Source of the DNA: a virus
Strand: one strand, 5' to 3'
Virus record (IMG/VR): IMGVR_UViG_3300031857_000027
DNA length: 64,000 bases
This document shows, in pieces, positions 45,610-54,983 of the stretch. A program made the translations under genes and the position numbers. Positions within the stretch are counted from its first letter, which is position 1; each line of letters opens with the position of its first letter. A model generated the notes under the pieces. That model made no database searches. It was not told the origin of the DNA and saw only the letters and a list, made by a program, of their open reading frames with translations.

Positions 45610-47277
45610 TTATCTGCGTCTATTATTTATACTGACAACCGATTTACTTACTTCATCATCTAAACCAGGTGTCAATGACTCTTCTTCTTCGGCATTTTCT
45701 ACCGTATTATCTTCTGGCTCTGCTTGTGGTTCAGCACCTTGTGGTGGTCCACCTAAAACAGGACCTTGCATGTCATCAGGCAATGTGTCTTTTTCTTTTT
45801 GAATCTCTTCCTGCATTGCTTCAATTTCTTCATCCGTCATCATGAGAATCTTATTCATCACATAATTGTTAGAGAAGTAACGACCAACAAATGGATCAAC
45901 TTGACTTACCATTTGCAATCTATTTTGTAGCAACTCTGCTTCACGCAGTTCGGTAAAGTTATTGTCTTTACGGAAGTCGTAGTAGATGTCTTCTTTGAAT
46001 TTATCCCACTCTTCACGTGTACAAATACCTTTGAGTACCAGTTGTACTTTCAATGCTTCGTCAAAGATTTGTGAGAATTTATTACGCAGACGAATGACAA
46101 ACTTGGCAAACTTTAATTCATCACGGGTAACTTCTTGTGAACGACCAAGACCTGCTAACCCACCTTCTTGTGATTCAAGTCTTGAATATGGTACGTTTAG
46201 AGATTGTAAAAGTTTCTTTTGAAAATATTTTACGTCTTCTAGTTCACCTAAGTTTTGACCAGCAGGCAATGTAGTAATCTCTGTACCCTTACCACCTTCA
46301 CGGCGTGGCAGCCAGAAGTCTTCAAGCATTGACATGTGCTTACGTTCGTCACGAATTTCACCTGTGTTGGCATCGTAAACTAATTTGTTACGGTACTTGA
46401 TCATGATGTCACGCAGATATTGTTCTGCTTTACCACGTGGTAAGTTACCAACGTCAATGTAGAAAATACGGCGTTCTGGCGCTCTTGAAATACGGTAGAT
46501 AACAATCGCATCTTCAATCATACGCAACTGATTGAGTGGCTTGATTGCTTTGTGTAGATATGAAATAACAAATGTATTCTTAGCATCCATCAAACCAGAA
46601 TTCACATTGATGATAGCATCTGGTGCAATACGAATACCTTGACCTACGTTTGATGTAAATGTCTGTGTCGTGGTACCACGATCATTGTAGACATAGTATT
46701 CAGCAACCGATACAACAACCATTGCTCCTGTTTTTGGATCACGGTCTTTCTTAATCTCACGCACTTTACGAATCTTGCGTGGATCAATGTATCTAAGTTC
46801 TTGAATACCTTCTTTAGGATTCTTATCGTTGACTACGATATGATAAAAAACACGGCCATCAATATACCAACGTTTGAAAACATCATCGGCCAAATTACTA
46901 AAGTTCAACATCTTCAATACATTGTTGAACTCTTCAATAATTTTCTTTTTGATTGTTTCAGGTTGTTTTAGATTGTCAAGCACGATGTCAACTACTTTAC
47001 CCTGATCATCATGTGTGATGGCTTCATTGACGATTTCATCAATTGCCATTTGACATTCTGGGTGATTTGACATCTCACGATATCGTGTGATAAGTTCTAT
47101 TTCGTTGCGAACAGAACCTTCAAGATCAACATATGTACCGTAATACGCATTTTGCGTAACGGTAACCGCACCATCATCTACGGTTGCGGAAGGCAGCGCA
47201 AAGGATGCCTGCTCAGGCTTTTCAGCCTTGACGACATCCTTCGAGCCTATTGTAAAGCCGAAAAGTTTAATTGCCAT
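45610..47277 (-). CDS. 20: Portal protein gp20
   Basis: WYIDGR, YRISRAPERRIFYIDVGNLP, EDFWLPRREGGKGTEITTLP. Confidence 0.98.
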   Translation of the reverse strand: MAIKLFGFTIGSKDVVKAEKPEQASFALPSATVDDGAVTVTQNAYYGTYVDLEGSVRNEIELITRYREMSNHPECQMAIDEIVNEAITHDDQGKVVDIVLDNLKQPETIKKKIIEEFNNVLKMLNFSNLADDVFKRWYIDGRVFYHIVVNDKNPKEGIQELRYIDPRKIRKVREIKKDRDPKTGAMVVVSVAEYYVYNDRGTTTQTFTSNVGQGIRIAPDAIINVNSGLMDAKNTFVISYLHKAIKPLNQLRMIEDAIVIYRISRAPERRIFYIDVGNLPRGKAEQYLRDIMIKYRNKLVYDANTGEIRDERKHMSMLEDFWLPRREGGKGTEITTLPAGQNLGELEDVKYFQKKLLQSLNVPYSRLESQEGGLAGLGRSQEVTRDELKFAKFVIRLRNKFSQIFDEALKVQLVLKGICTREEWDKFKEDIYYDFRKDNNFTELREAELLQNRLQMVSQVDPFVGRYFSNNYVMNKILMMTDEEIEAMQEEIQKEKDTLPDDMQGPVLGGPPQGAEPQAEPEDNTVENAEEEESLTPGLDDEVSKSVVSINNRRR

Positions 47278-47295
47278 TAAAAATCATCCTATATT

Positions 47296-47320
47296 AAAAA
47301 GTAGGGCAAATGCCCTACTC
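47296..47320 (-). terminator. Rho-independent terminator after gp19
   Basis: AGTAGGGC-ATTT-GCCCTACT followed by a T-run. Confidence 0.8.
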
Positions 47321-47866
47321 TTAGACCACACCGTCTGCAACTGCTTCCCACCACTGGTAGGTTAGCGTTACAGAAAACTCTTCAATCGTATCATTTGAAC
47401 CCCAATCAACATCAATTGGAGTGATGTCAGAAGGGAACATTCCTACAAATTTATATTTTTTGATAGTATTACCCGCTTTACCAAATTGCGTAACTTCACC
47501 ATCTTGTGTGTAGCCTAATGGTGTAGTTGCAACTGGATTGCGAACGTTTAGATTGTGGCTATTGATGCCATTCATCCAACGTTCAAATGCATTGCGAACA
47601 ATAAAGTCTTCATCGTTGATGATTGTTACTGTCCAATCAGCAAAAGTACGATTACCCACAAACTTTAATTCACGGCCAAAGTATTGTACAGGTACAACAC
47701 CCAGAGTTGAACCTGGAAGTTGTGCTGTCTTACACATGAACGTCATTTTTGTTTGTGCGTTTCCTGGTATTGAGAACGCAGGAAACGGCATACTTACCTC
47801 AAATAGATTTGGGCGGGCACCGTCACCTGTTAATTGTGAACGGAACTGATTTACGTTAAATGCCAT
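47321..47866 (-). CDS. 19: Tail tube protein gp19
   Basis: GARPNLFEV, GRELKFVGNRTFADWTVT, IEEFSVT. Confidence 0.96.
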   Translation of the reverse strand: MAFNVNQFRSQLTGDGARPNLFEVSMPFPAFSIPGNAQTKMTFMCKTAQLPGSTLGVVPVQYFGRELKFVGNRTFADWTVTIINDEDFIVRNAFERWMNGINSHNLNVRNPVATTPLGYTQDGEVTQFGKAGNTIKKYKFVGMFPSDITPIDVDWGSNDTIEEFSVTLTYQWWEAVADGVV

Positions 47867-47892
47867 TTAATTTTCTCCTGTTTCTCTTTTAT

Positions 47893-49581
47893 TTAGACTG
47901 AACCTACTACCTCATTGAAACTTACACCTGTGCGTACTGCCACGAAGTTAAGTTGAATGAAGTTGATAGAACGAGCAGGTTTGATGTAAATGTCACCAAC
48001 AAATTCATTACGGTCAATAATTTCTGCTGTGTTATTAGTGTCATCGCAGACTACACGGAAGTCTGTGATACCACGACGACCTTGAACATCACGCAGGTAG
48101 GGTTCTACAAGAGCGACAAACTGGGCACGTGTGAACTGATCGTTGAATTCAAACAGAGAGAAACGTGCTGCACGTGCAATTGCTTTTTCAATTGTGATAA
48201 ACAAACGACGAACATTAATGCGGTCAAATGCGCTTGGTTTTGCAAGCATTGTTTTGTCACCATACAGAACAGTACCTTCACCTGGGAAAGAAACAACAGG
48301 GTTAATGCCTTTTAGATACAGTGTATCACGTTCTGCTTTAGTTGGATTCCAAGCAAGTTTGATTACATTTTTGATTTGACCACGATTCATACCACCAGGT
48401 GAGAACCAAGGGTCACGTTCGTTATCTGTACGTACACACAGACCGGCAATATCACCGTTCAATGGAATCCAACGGTAAACATCGTTGTACTTGTCGTATT
48501 GATATTTGTATCCAGAATCAATTACTGCATATGAAGATGATGTCAATGCATCACGGAATGCTGTAACATCGGTTGCTTCAGTTCCGGCATTATCAACAAC
48601 GTCTGCTTTTTCTGGTGAAATGAATGCAACACAGTCTTTACGAGTTTCTGCAACATTGCTAATAACATGTGTAGCAATTGTGCTGTTACCTGTACCAGTT
48701 ACGAGCAATGATACATCAACTGCTTCAGCATTCTTAAACAGGTCCCAACCAGAAGTGATTTGTGATGAACCTACTGAGCCATCTGCACCATTTGAGAACG
48801 AGTATTCTACATTTGCTGTTGTTGTTTTGAATGCCGATGCGTTAGCAGTAGAACCCCATGCAGTACCAGAACTCAGATTTGCTGTTGCTGGATGTGCAAC
48901 CCACCATACATATTTTGATTTATTTGAAATAACATTCTTATAGTAGTTGCTATTACCCGAATCATCTTTAGCATCTGATGCTTTTGAAACGAATGCGTAT
49001 TTTTCAAGAACTGTACCTGCTGTACCTGACCACAAACCATCTTCGTCAACGACAACAATATGAACTTCGTCGTTTGCACCACCACGGCTTGCAACGTATG
49101 ATGATGTTCCAGTGTTTGCGTTAAATTGTGAGCGATATGGCCATGTTGCAAATGTTCCCAAGTCTGCCACGGAAACTTTTAATGAGTTGCCTAATGCACC
49201 AGGGAATTTTGCTGCCCAACCACCGTATGCACCATCGGCATACCCGCTGTGATTGTCTGTCCAGTCGTCTTCGTTTCTGATTACTAAAGCACCACCATTT
49301 GCAGTAGCGTTGTTAGCACCACCTGGTGTGGCACGAACGATTTTTAGATTGTTACCATATGCTAGGAAGTTCGCTGCGGAGAACCAATATTCATAATTTA
49401 CGCTATCTGGTTTACCGAATGTGTCCACTAGACGAACTTCATCGGAAATAGTTGTGACTACACCACATGGTCCCCAATTAAAAGGTCCTGCAAAAGCGCC
49501 AGTAGAAGTGGCAACTGAAGGAATAACTGTAGTCAGATCGATCTCTGATACATTCACTCCAGGTGATAATTGAAATGCCAT
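47893..49581 (-). CDS. 18: Tail sheath protein gp18
   Basis: SPGVNVSEIDLT, PWFSPGG, FDRINVRRLF, IKPARSINFIQLNF; CTAAATA late promoter at 49626-49632. Confidence 0.97.
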   Translation of the reverse strand: MAFQLSPGVNVSEIDLTTVIPSVATSTGAFAGPFNWGPCGVVTTISDEVRLVDTFGKPDSVNYEYWFSAANFLAYGNNLKIVRATPGGANNATANGGALVIRNEDDWTDNHSGYADGAYGGWAAKFPGALGNSLKVSVADLGTFATWPYRSQFNANTGTSSYVASRGGANDEVHIVVVDEDGLWSGTAGTVLEKYAFVSKASDAKDDSGNSNYYKNVISNKSKYVWWVAHPATANLSSGTAWGSTANASAFKTTTANVEYSFSNGADGSVGSSQITSGWDLFKNAEAVDVSLLVTGTGNSTIATHVISNVAETRKDCVAFISPEKADVVDNAGTEATDVTAFRDALTSSSYAVIDSGYKYQYDKYNDVYRWIPLNGDIAGLCVRTDNERDPWFSPGGMNRGQIKNVIKLAWNPTKAERDTLYLKGINPVVSFPGEGTVLYGDKTMLAKPSAFDRINVRRLFITIEKAIARAARFSLFEFNDQFTRAQFVALVEPYLRDVQGRRGITDFRVVCDDTNNTAEIIDRNEFVGDIYIKPARSINFIQLNFVAVRTGVSFNEVVGSV

Positions 49582-49636
49582 TGGATTTCTCCTTTTATTG
49601 TTGGGTCAATATTCTTTTTATTGTCTATTTAGTTTT

Positions 49637-51268
49637 TTACAAACTTGATGATAAATAACCCGCTGGTGGCTCCCACATGTCTCCATCTTCCACTTCCATC
49701 TCTCTACGCAGTCCGTCTTCAATAAAACCGAACGGCAGCATACTTTCTTCTCCCAAAATGTTCTGTTCTTCTAGCATAATCTTACGAATGTCAATTCTTG
49801 TTTCGTCTTTGAAGAAAGTCTGTGCTGTCAGCCAAGCATAAAGCACTAAACCCATTACGATATCGTCATTGTTACCTTCTTCGGCTGCATAGGTATCTCT
49901 TGTACGAACAAAAGTATTCAGTTCTGCGATGGTATCAAAGTCGTTGATAATGAGTTTGTCGTTCTCAATCAGCGTTTTCAAGTTAGCACAACCAATTTTC
50001 TTGACTGATTTGGTCGTCTTTACACCAAAAGCAACTGAGCGTTTGAAACCAGCGGAGATGCTCTGACCTTTGATGTGATGATGTTCTAACTTATAGATGT
50101 TCTCGTATTCTAAGTCATAATGCAGAATATCTACCACTTGCTGACCCACATTGTTGGTTTCAATTAGCACATAAGCCTGATTGTAACGGTTTGCTAAAGC
50201 ATAAATTGCTGTAGGTAAGAACAATAGCGGCAATTTATTGTTGCGGTATCGTGCAACTTGTTTATACGGTGCTTCTGTAGCATCCAAAACATTGATGGTG
50301 TGATAGTCCATACCAACACCCTCTGAACAATCCACTGTAGCAATGTATATTCTACCTGGTCGTGGGTCTTCATACACAAACAAGTGGCCATCGTCTTCAA
50401 TACGCATTGGATCATAGAACGCCAATGAGCGCAATTTAGAACCAGAAATCAATGTTGCTGAAGAACCAATAAATTCTGTCTCAAACTCTTGACGGAATTG
50501 TTCTTCAGAAGTATTTCGTATCGTTTCTTCTTTCCACTTTTCATCACGACCTGGCACCATTGACCAGTGGATTTCTAGTGTTTTGTAAGTTGAACGTTTT
50601 TCAATCGCATCTGTCCACATCTTATAGAACAGATTCAAGCCGTTTGGCGTAGAAACAATAATTACTTTAGATGTCTTACCAGATGAAATAACAGGGTAAG
50701 TAGAAGTAAAAAAGTCTACTGCCATGTTGTGCGGCACAAATGCGAATTCATCAAGGAAGATTAGATTGTATGAACCACCTCGGACACCTGCTGCTGATGT
50801 TGCATACGCATAAATCTTTGAACCGTTCTCTAATTCAATTGATCGTTTATTCCAGTTGATGATACCTTGCTGAAGCCACATGGGTAAATACTCATAGGCT
50901 TTCTGTATCTTGGCTAGAATGTCTTGTGCAAGTTGAAGTTTGTTGGCAAGAATACCAATAACAAATTCTTCGTTGAACAGTGCAGACCACAGCATGTAAC
51001 CAACAGTCGTGGTTGTTTTACCAACCTGTCGTGGCATCTTTGCAATGACAAAACGATTGTTATGAAATTGATTGACCATTTCTTCCTGAAATGGCCACAT
51101 CTCAAAAGGAACAAGACCTTTATCTACGTTGACAATCTTAACGTAGGTACGAATAAAATACACCGGATCTTCGGTGCATTTTACAATCTCTTTTAGTTGC
51201 TCTTCAGTGTAGGATATTTCAACACCGACTCGTTTGAGCCGTGCATTACCAAGGTACCCGTCATCCAT
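49637..51268 (-). CDS. 17: Terminase large subunit gp17
   Basis: PRQVGKTT, FLDEFAF, STPNG, nuclease D...ETNN...DD. Confidence 0.98.
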   Translation of the reverse strand: MDDGYLGNARLKRVGVEISYTEEQLKEIVKCTEDPVYFIRTYVKIVNVDKGLVPFEMWPFQEEMVNQFHNNRFVIAKMPRQVGKTTTTVGYMLWSALFNEEFVIGILANKLQLAQDILAKIQKAYEYLPMWLQQGIINWNKRSIELENGSKIYAYATSAAGVRGGSYNLIFLDEFAFVPHNMAVDFFTSTYPVISSGKTSKVIIVSTPNGLNLFYKMWTDAIEKRSTYKTLEIHWSMVPGRDEKWKEETIRNTSEEQFRQEFETEFIGSSATLISGSKLRSLAFYDPMRIEDDGHLFVYEDPRPGRIYIATVDCSEGVGMDYHTINVLDATEAPYKQVARYRNNKLPLLFLPTAIYALANRYNQAYVLIETNNVGQQVVDILHYDLEYENIYKLEHHHIKGQSISAGFKRSVAFGVKTTKSVKKIGCANLKTLIENDKLIINDFDTIAELNTFVRTRDTYAAEEGNNDDIVMGLVLYAWLTAQTFFKDETRIDIRKIMLEEQNILGEESMLPFGFIEDGLRREMEVEDGDMWEPPAGYLSSSL

Positions 51269-51271
51269 AAT

Positions 51272-51706
51272 TTATCGTGTAAAACTCTTCAGCATCCAAC
51301 CATGTTTTTGATGAGCATCTAAAATGTCTTGTAAGAAGTTACCTACAGCAGGTTCGTCAGCAGCGTCAGCAATTGCAATACCAGCACGTAGTTCCATAAT
51401 GAACTTATCATTATCGGCAGCAAGTTCGGACATCATGATAAGCGGTGAAGGAATAGCAACGATGTCTTGCACCTTTGATAGTTCCATCATTCTTGCCAAA
51501 GTTGTAGGAGCATATGAATTTAAAGCACGAATGTGTTCGGCAATCGGATCGGTCTGATCAAACACTGCTTCATAAAAGTCTCCTAAGAAACCATGATACT
51601 GTGCAAAGTCAGGACCTTCTACATTCCAATGGAAGGTGTGTGCTTTGAAGTACAAACCAAAGTTTGTACCCAAAATAACCTTCATCTGTTCGATTAGTTG
51701 TTCCAT
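51272..51706 (-). CDS. dps: Dps-family mini-ferritin
   Basis: HWNVEGPDFAQYH...DPIAEHIRAL ferroxidase motif; KHGWML. Confidence 0.9.
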   Translation of the reverse strand: MEQLIEQMKVILGTNFGLYFKAHTFHWNVEGPDFAQYHGFLGDFYEAVFDQTDPIAEHIRALNSYAPTTLARMMELSKVQDIVAIPSPLIMMSELAADNDKFIMELRAGIAIADAADEPAVGNFLQDILDAHQKHGWMLKSFTR

Positions 51707-51710
51707 AATT

Positions 51711-52112
51711 TTATTTATTTCCTTTAATCATTTTGAGTAATTCGTTGGTGGAGCCAACAAACACTGCTTTATCTATGTTGACTCCTTTTGCGGATTCAGA
51801 TTGGGGTGCAAGCTCTCTTTTCCGTTTCTGAAGTTCCAACAAATCTTTGTTCATCTCAGCCAGATTTTTCATCATTGTGGCTAAGACTTCATATGCTCTT
51901 GGTGACTCTGATTGATTTGCAACTGATGCCAGTTCAGTTAATGCTCTATTGCCATTGTCAATTAATGAACGCATGTTTGTGCGGGCAAATTCAGCATCGG
52001 CATCAATTTGATTAGCGTTGTCATTTACGGCAACAGGCAAAGTTTCAATGAATTTCTCTTCAATGGGTTCCACATCAAAGATTTCAGATAAGTTTTTGTT
52101 TAGTTTTTTCAT
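51711..52112 (-). CDS. 16: Terminase small subunit gp16
   Basis: ESPRAYEV, VFVGSTNEL. Confidence 0.93.
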   Translation of the reverse strand: MKKLNKNLSEIFDVEPIEEKFIETLPVAVNDNANQIDADAEFARTNMRSLIDNGNRALTELASVANQSESPRAYEVLATMMKNLAEMNKDLLELQKRKRELAPQSESAKGVNIDKAVFVGSTNELLKMIKGNK

Positions 52113-53110
52113 GATAAAGTATCAGGCCATTCTCTAATTGTTTCAATGAATCCAAAATCAGAAGGCGGTGCGGCAGTTGTTGGATTAGGTTCAACTATTA
52201 CAGCAGCAGCATTAATTGAAGTGCTGTCTAATGTGGATACATTGTATCTTGCACCAGAGTAATCACCTGTAAGTGTGTATCCTGGTTTAATGTATTCATT
52301 GCCTCCAGTAATTACAAGTGTACCGAGTGAAGTGTTACTGAAGTATTCTACCGTACCAAAGAATCCATTTGCACTGTCACGAATCGTTTCACCGGTAGTA
52401 AACACATTGTTACCATTTGCATAGTCAACATAGACCTTCTGTATTTGTTTAGATGTGAGGTCAATGTTGATGTTTGTGTTGGCTTGATTAATAAGTTTGC
52501 CAGTTTTAACTGGTGGCCAAATGAAACTCTTAGCAGTGAATGTTAAGTCCCAAATAATGATTCTTGTTGTGCCGTCACCCATGCCACCTTCATACTCAAC
52601 GGTAGATGCGACAGAATTCAATATGATAGGCACCGTATACTTCTGTCCCATTTGAGGAATAAAATCTACTACAACACTAAAATCTGGTGTGAAGAATGGT
52701 AAAATTTGTTCCAGTATTTGTGTGCCGTCTTCTGTATTACGAACATAGATAGACAAACTAAATTCATAGTTGTATGGCACAGGCAAATACTGTGTTGCAA
52801 CACCGGTGTTTGTAACAGCAGCAAAATTTTGTAATGTAGAAATCTGTTTGCGACTTGCATCATACTCAAGACTGTCAAGATTAAATGACATTCTTGGTAT
52901 AACAGAGTTAACCGACTTAACTAAATTTGGATCAGAAGTAATCTGTGTCAGATATCTTTCTTTTGGTCCATAAGACAATGGTACTTTAAGTTTTTCTTTT
53001 GGATTACCTGCTTGTGTGTAACGAACAATCTCAAGGTCGTTAAACATTGTACCAAACACAACGACCATCTTACGAATGGTGCGGTGATAAAATTGTGCAT
53101 TACCTAACAT
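52109..53110 (-). CDS. 15: Tail sheath stabiliser / neck protein gp15
   Basis: FGTMFN, VPLSYGPKE, PRMSF, QILEQILPFFTP; extra C-terminal beta domain. Confidence 0.93.
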   Translation of the reverse strand: MLGNAQFYHRTIRKMVVVFGTMFNDLEIVRYTQAGNPKEKLKVPLSYGPKERYLTQITSDPNLVKSVNSVIPRMSFNLDSLEYDASRKQISTLQNFAAVTNTGVATQYLPVPYNYEFSLSIYVRNTEDGTQILEQILPFFTPDFSVVVDFIPQMGQKYTVPIILNSVASTVEYEGGMGDGTTRIIIWDLTFTAKSFIWPPVKTGKLINQANTNINIDLTSKQIQKVYVDYANGNNVFTTGETIRDSANGFFGTVEYFSNTSLGTLVITGGNEYIKPGYTLTGDYSGARYNVSTLDSTSINAAAVIVEPNPTTAAPPSDFGFIETIREWPDTLS

Positions 53111-54015
53111 TACGGTTCTCCAAACGGATTAACTTCCGTAAAGTCAATGATACCATCACTTGCTGCTTCAATACGAGCGTTGTCAATGATGTCTTCAAAT
53201 GGTGTATTTTGTGTTGGTGCATCAGACGCTAGTGTTACTGTCCACTGTGCGCTGCTTGTGTTACCGTGTACGTTCGCTGATGATGTGAAATCACCTTGCA
53301 TACGGTAGACATCAATATATGCATTTGGTTGAAAGTCATAAACTAATGCTTGTGCTGTAGAAGTTGATAGTGATGAACCTTGATATACAATTTCATCATT
53401 TAAGAATTTACCTGAACCTGAACCTAATGAGATACGAAGTTTGGGATAGTAATTACGAATGTTTCCATCAATTTCATCAATACCAGTTTCAATGATCTCA
53501 CTTGAGAAATAAAACTGTTTCATTTTCAAAGCATACACATACACATTACCACCACGACCACGACCTAATGTATAAAACATTGCTTGATCGTTCTCTGATT
53601 CTACACTAGTAATCTCAAAGAAACTTGTGGTCATTGGTATATAAATCAAATCACCTTCAAGAGGTCTTGTCAGACCATTGACTGCATATCTAAATCTCAG
53701 TCGTGAGACAAGCAATGTTGCTTCGTCACGAATCTCTAAACCAAACTTAGATATAAAGTCTTGATCACCATCAAAACCATTTACATTTTCCAAATACATT
53801 TCAATTGGATGTGCAGTGCGATATTCTTTGAGAACATCTTCACCAAACAGATAGTCTACTTGATCACGTGTTGTGCGTGGTAGATAATAAACATCCAAGC
53901 CATAAATCTTGAGTGCTTCAATAACAAGATTTTCAACCAATAGTTGTTCAGGGGTGATGACATTGCCACCACCCAACTTTGACGGGAAATTATTGAAATA
54001 AAAATTAGTAGTCAT
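53110..54015 (-). CDS. 14: Neck protein gp14
   Basis: EALKIYG.DVYYLPR, SKFGLEIRD, RPLEGDLIY, DFTEVNPFG. Confidence 0.93.
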   Translation of the reverse strand: MTTNFYFNNFPSKLGGGNVITPEQLLVENLVIEALKIYGLDVYYLPRTTRDQVDYLFGEDVLKEYRTAHPIEMYLENVNGFDGDQDFISKFGLEIRDEATLLVSRLRFRYAVNGLTRPLEGDLIYIPMTTSFFEITSVESENDQAMFYTLGRGRGGNVYVYALKMKQFYFSSEIIETGIDEIDGNIRNYYPKLRISLGSGSGKFLNDEIVYQGSSLSTSTAQALVYDFQPNAYIDVYRMQGDFTSSANVHGNTSSAQWTVTLASDAPTQNTPFEDIIDNARIEAASDGIIDFTEVNPFGEP

Positions 54016-54968
54016 TAGCCTGTAAAGATTTCTGACGGCAGTGAACCCATCATGTAAATCTGTTCTTCCATTTCTTTAATTTCTTCCGACGCTTCATCGT
54101 AAATCTTTTGACCATTCAGTGTCACACCACCAGGCATTTGAATGCCTTCAAACTTTTTGAGGTTGTTGCCCCATTGTTGTTTGATTTTTGCTGTGGCTAA
54201 CTGCTTCAGAAAACGGTCATTCCATACATCAGTTGTGCCTTCAATTTGAATAGCCGAATTATTGTGTGTTGTTGATGGCGGACCAATCAGTGTTAGGCTT
54301 GTTGGTGACTCAATATTGCCAACTTGTTTTGACTCTCCACCAATTGTAATGAAATCAAACGGCACGATTTCTTGGTCAAACTTTGTGCCGTAACCAATTA
54401 TTGTGTTTGATGATGGTGAACCCGTTACTGTACCCGTCAATACAACCGTTTCAGGCTGAACTGTACGATAGCACTCAACTACAACCCAATCACCAGGTTG
54501 TACATCCCTAGTCCAATCAATATCTAAGAACACTTTATTTTGATGACGGTTAAATCTGAATTGAGGTGTACCAGAAAATAATAAGTTCAGTGTGCGTAAA
54601 TGCTGCATCGTGATTTCATATGACACATATGATACAGATGTAAAGTCGTAAAGATCGTGCAGACGCAACTGATAACGCAAGTCAAACATGTTGATTGATG
54701 CGTTTGATTGGTCAAACGGAAAAATACCTGTGACAAACTGTACCGCATCTGGACAATAAATCCATTTGCGATTAATATCTTCTTGTGTAATCTGATGCTT
54801 CATGAACAGTTTTTCTGTTCCATCGTAATGATAGTCACGCCAAAAACCGAGTGCGTCATCAATACGATCATCAACTTGATCATCATCTACGTTAATTTCA
54901 ATGACTGGCCAACCAAGTCGGCGTAAGCAGTAGTCTTTGAACTGTTGTCTTGTGTTTATAGTTGCCAT
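54015..54968 (-). CDS. 13: Neck protein gp13
   Basis: YCLRRLGWPVIEINV, QWGNNLKKF, PGGVTLNG. Confidence 0.94.
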   Translation of the reverse strand: MATINTRQQFKDYCLRRLGWPVIEINVDDDQVDDRIDDALGFWRDYHYDGTEKLFMKHQITQEDINRKWIYCPDAVQFVTGIFPFDQSNASINMFDLRYQLRLHDLYDFTSVSYVSYEITMQHLRTLNLLFSGTPQFRFNRHQNKVFLDIDWTRDVQPGDWVVVECYRTVQPETVVLTGTVTGSPSSNTIIGYGTKFDQEIVPFDFITIGGESKQVGNIESPTSLTLIGPPSTTHNNSAIQIEGTTDVWNDRFLKQLATAKIKQQWGNNLKKFEGIQMPGGVTLNGQKIYDEASEEIKEMEEQIYMMGSLPSEIFTG

Positions 54969-54983
54969 AGTTGTTTATTTATT

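Noticed and set aside
5831-51268. Introns or inteins in gp41, gp43, gp46, uvsW, gp20 or gp17
   Set aside because: All are continuous ORFs of normal length without intein or homing-endonuclease insertions
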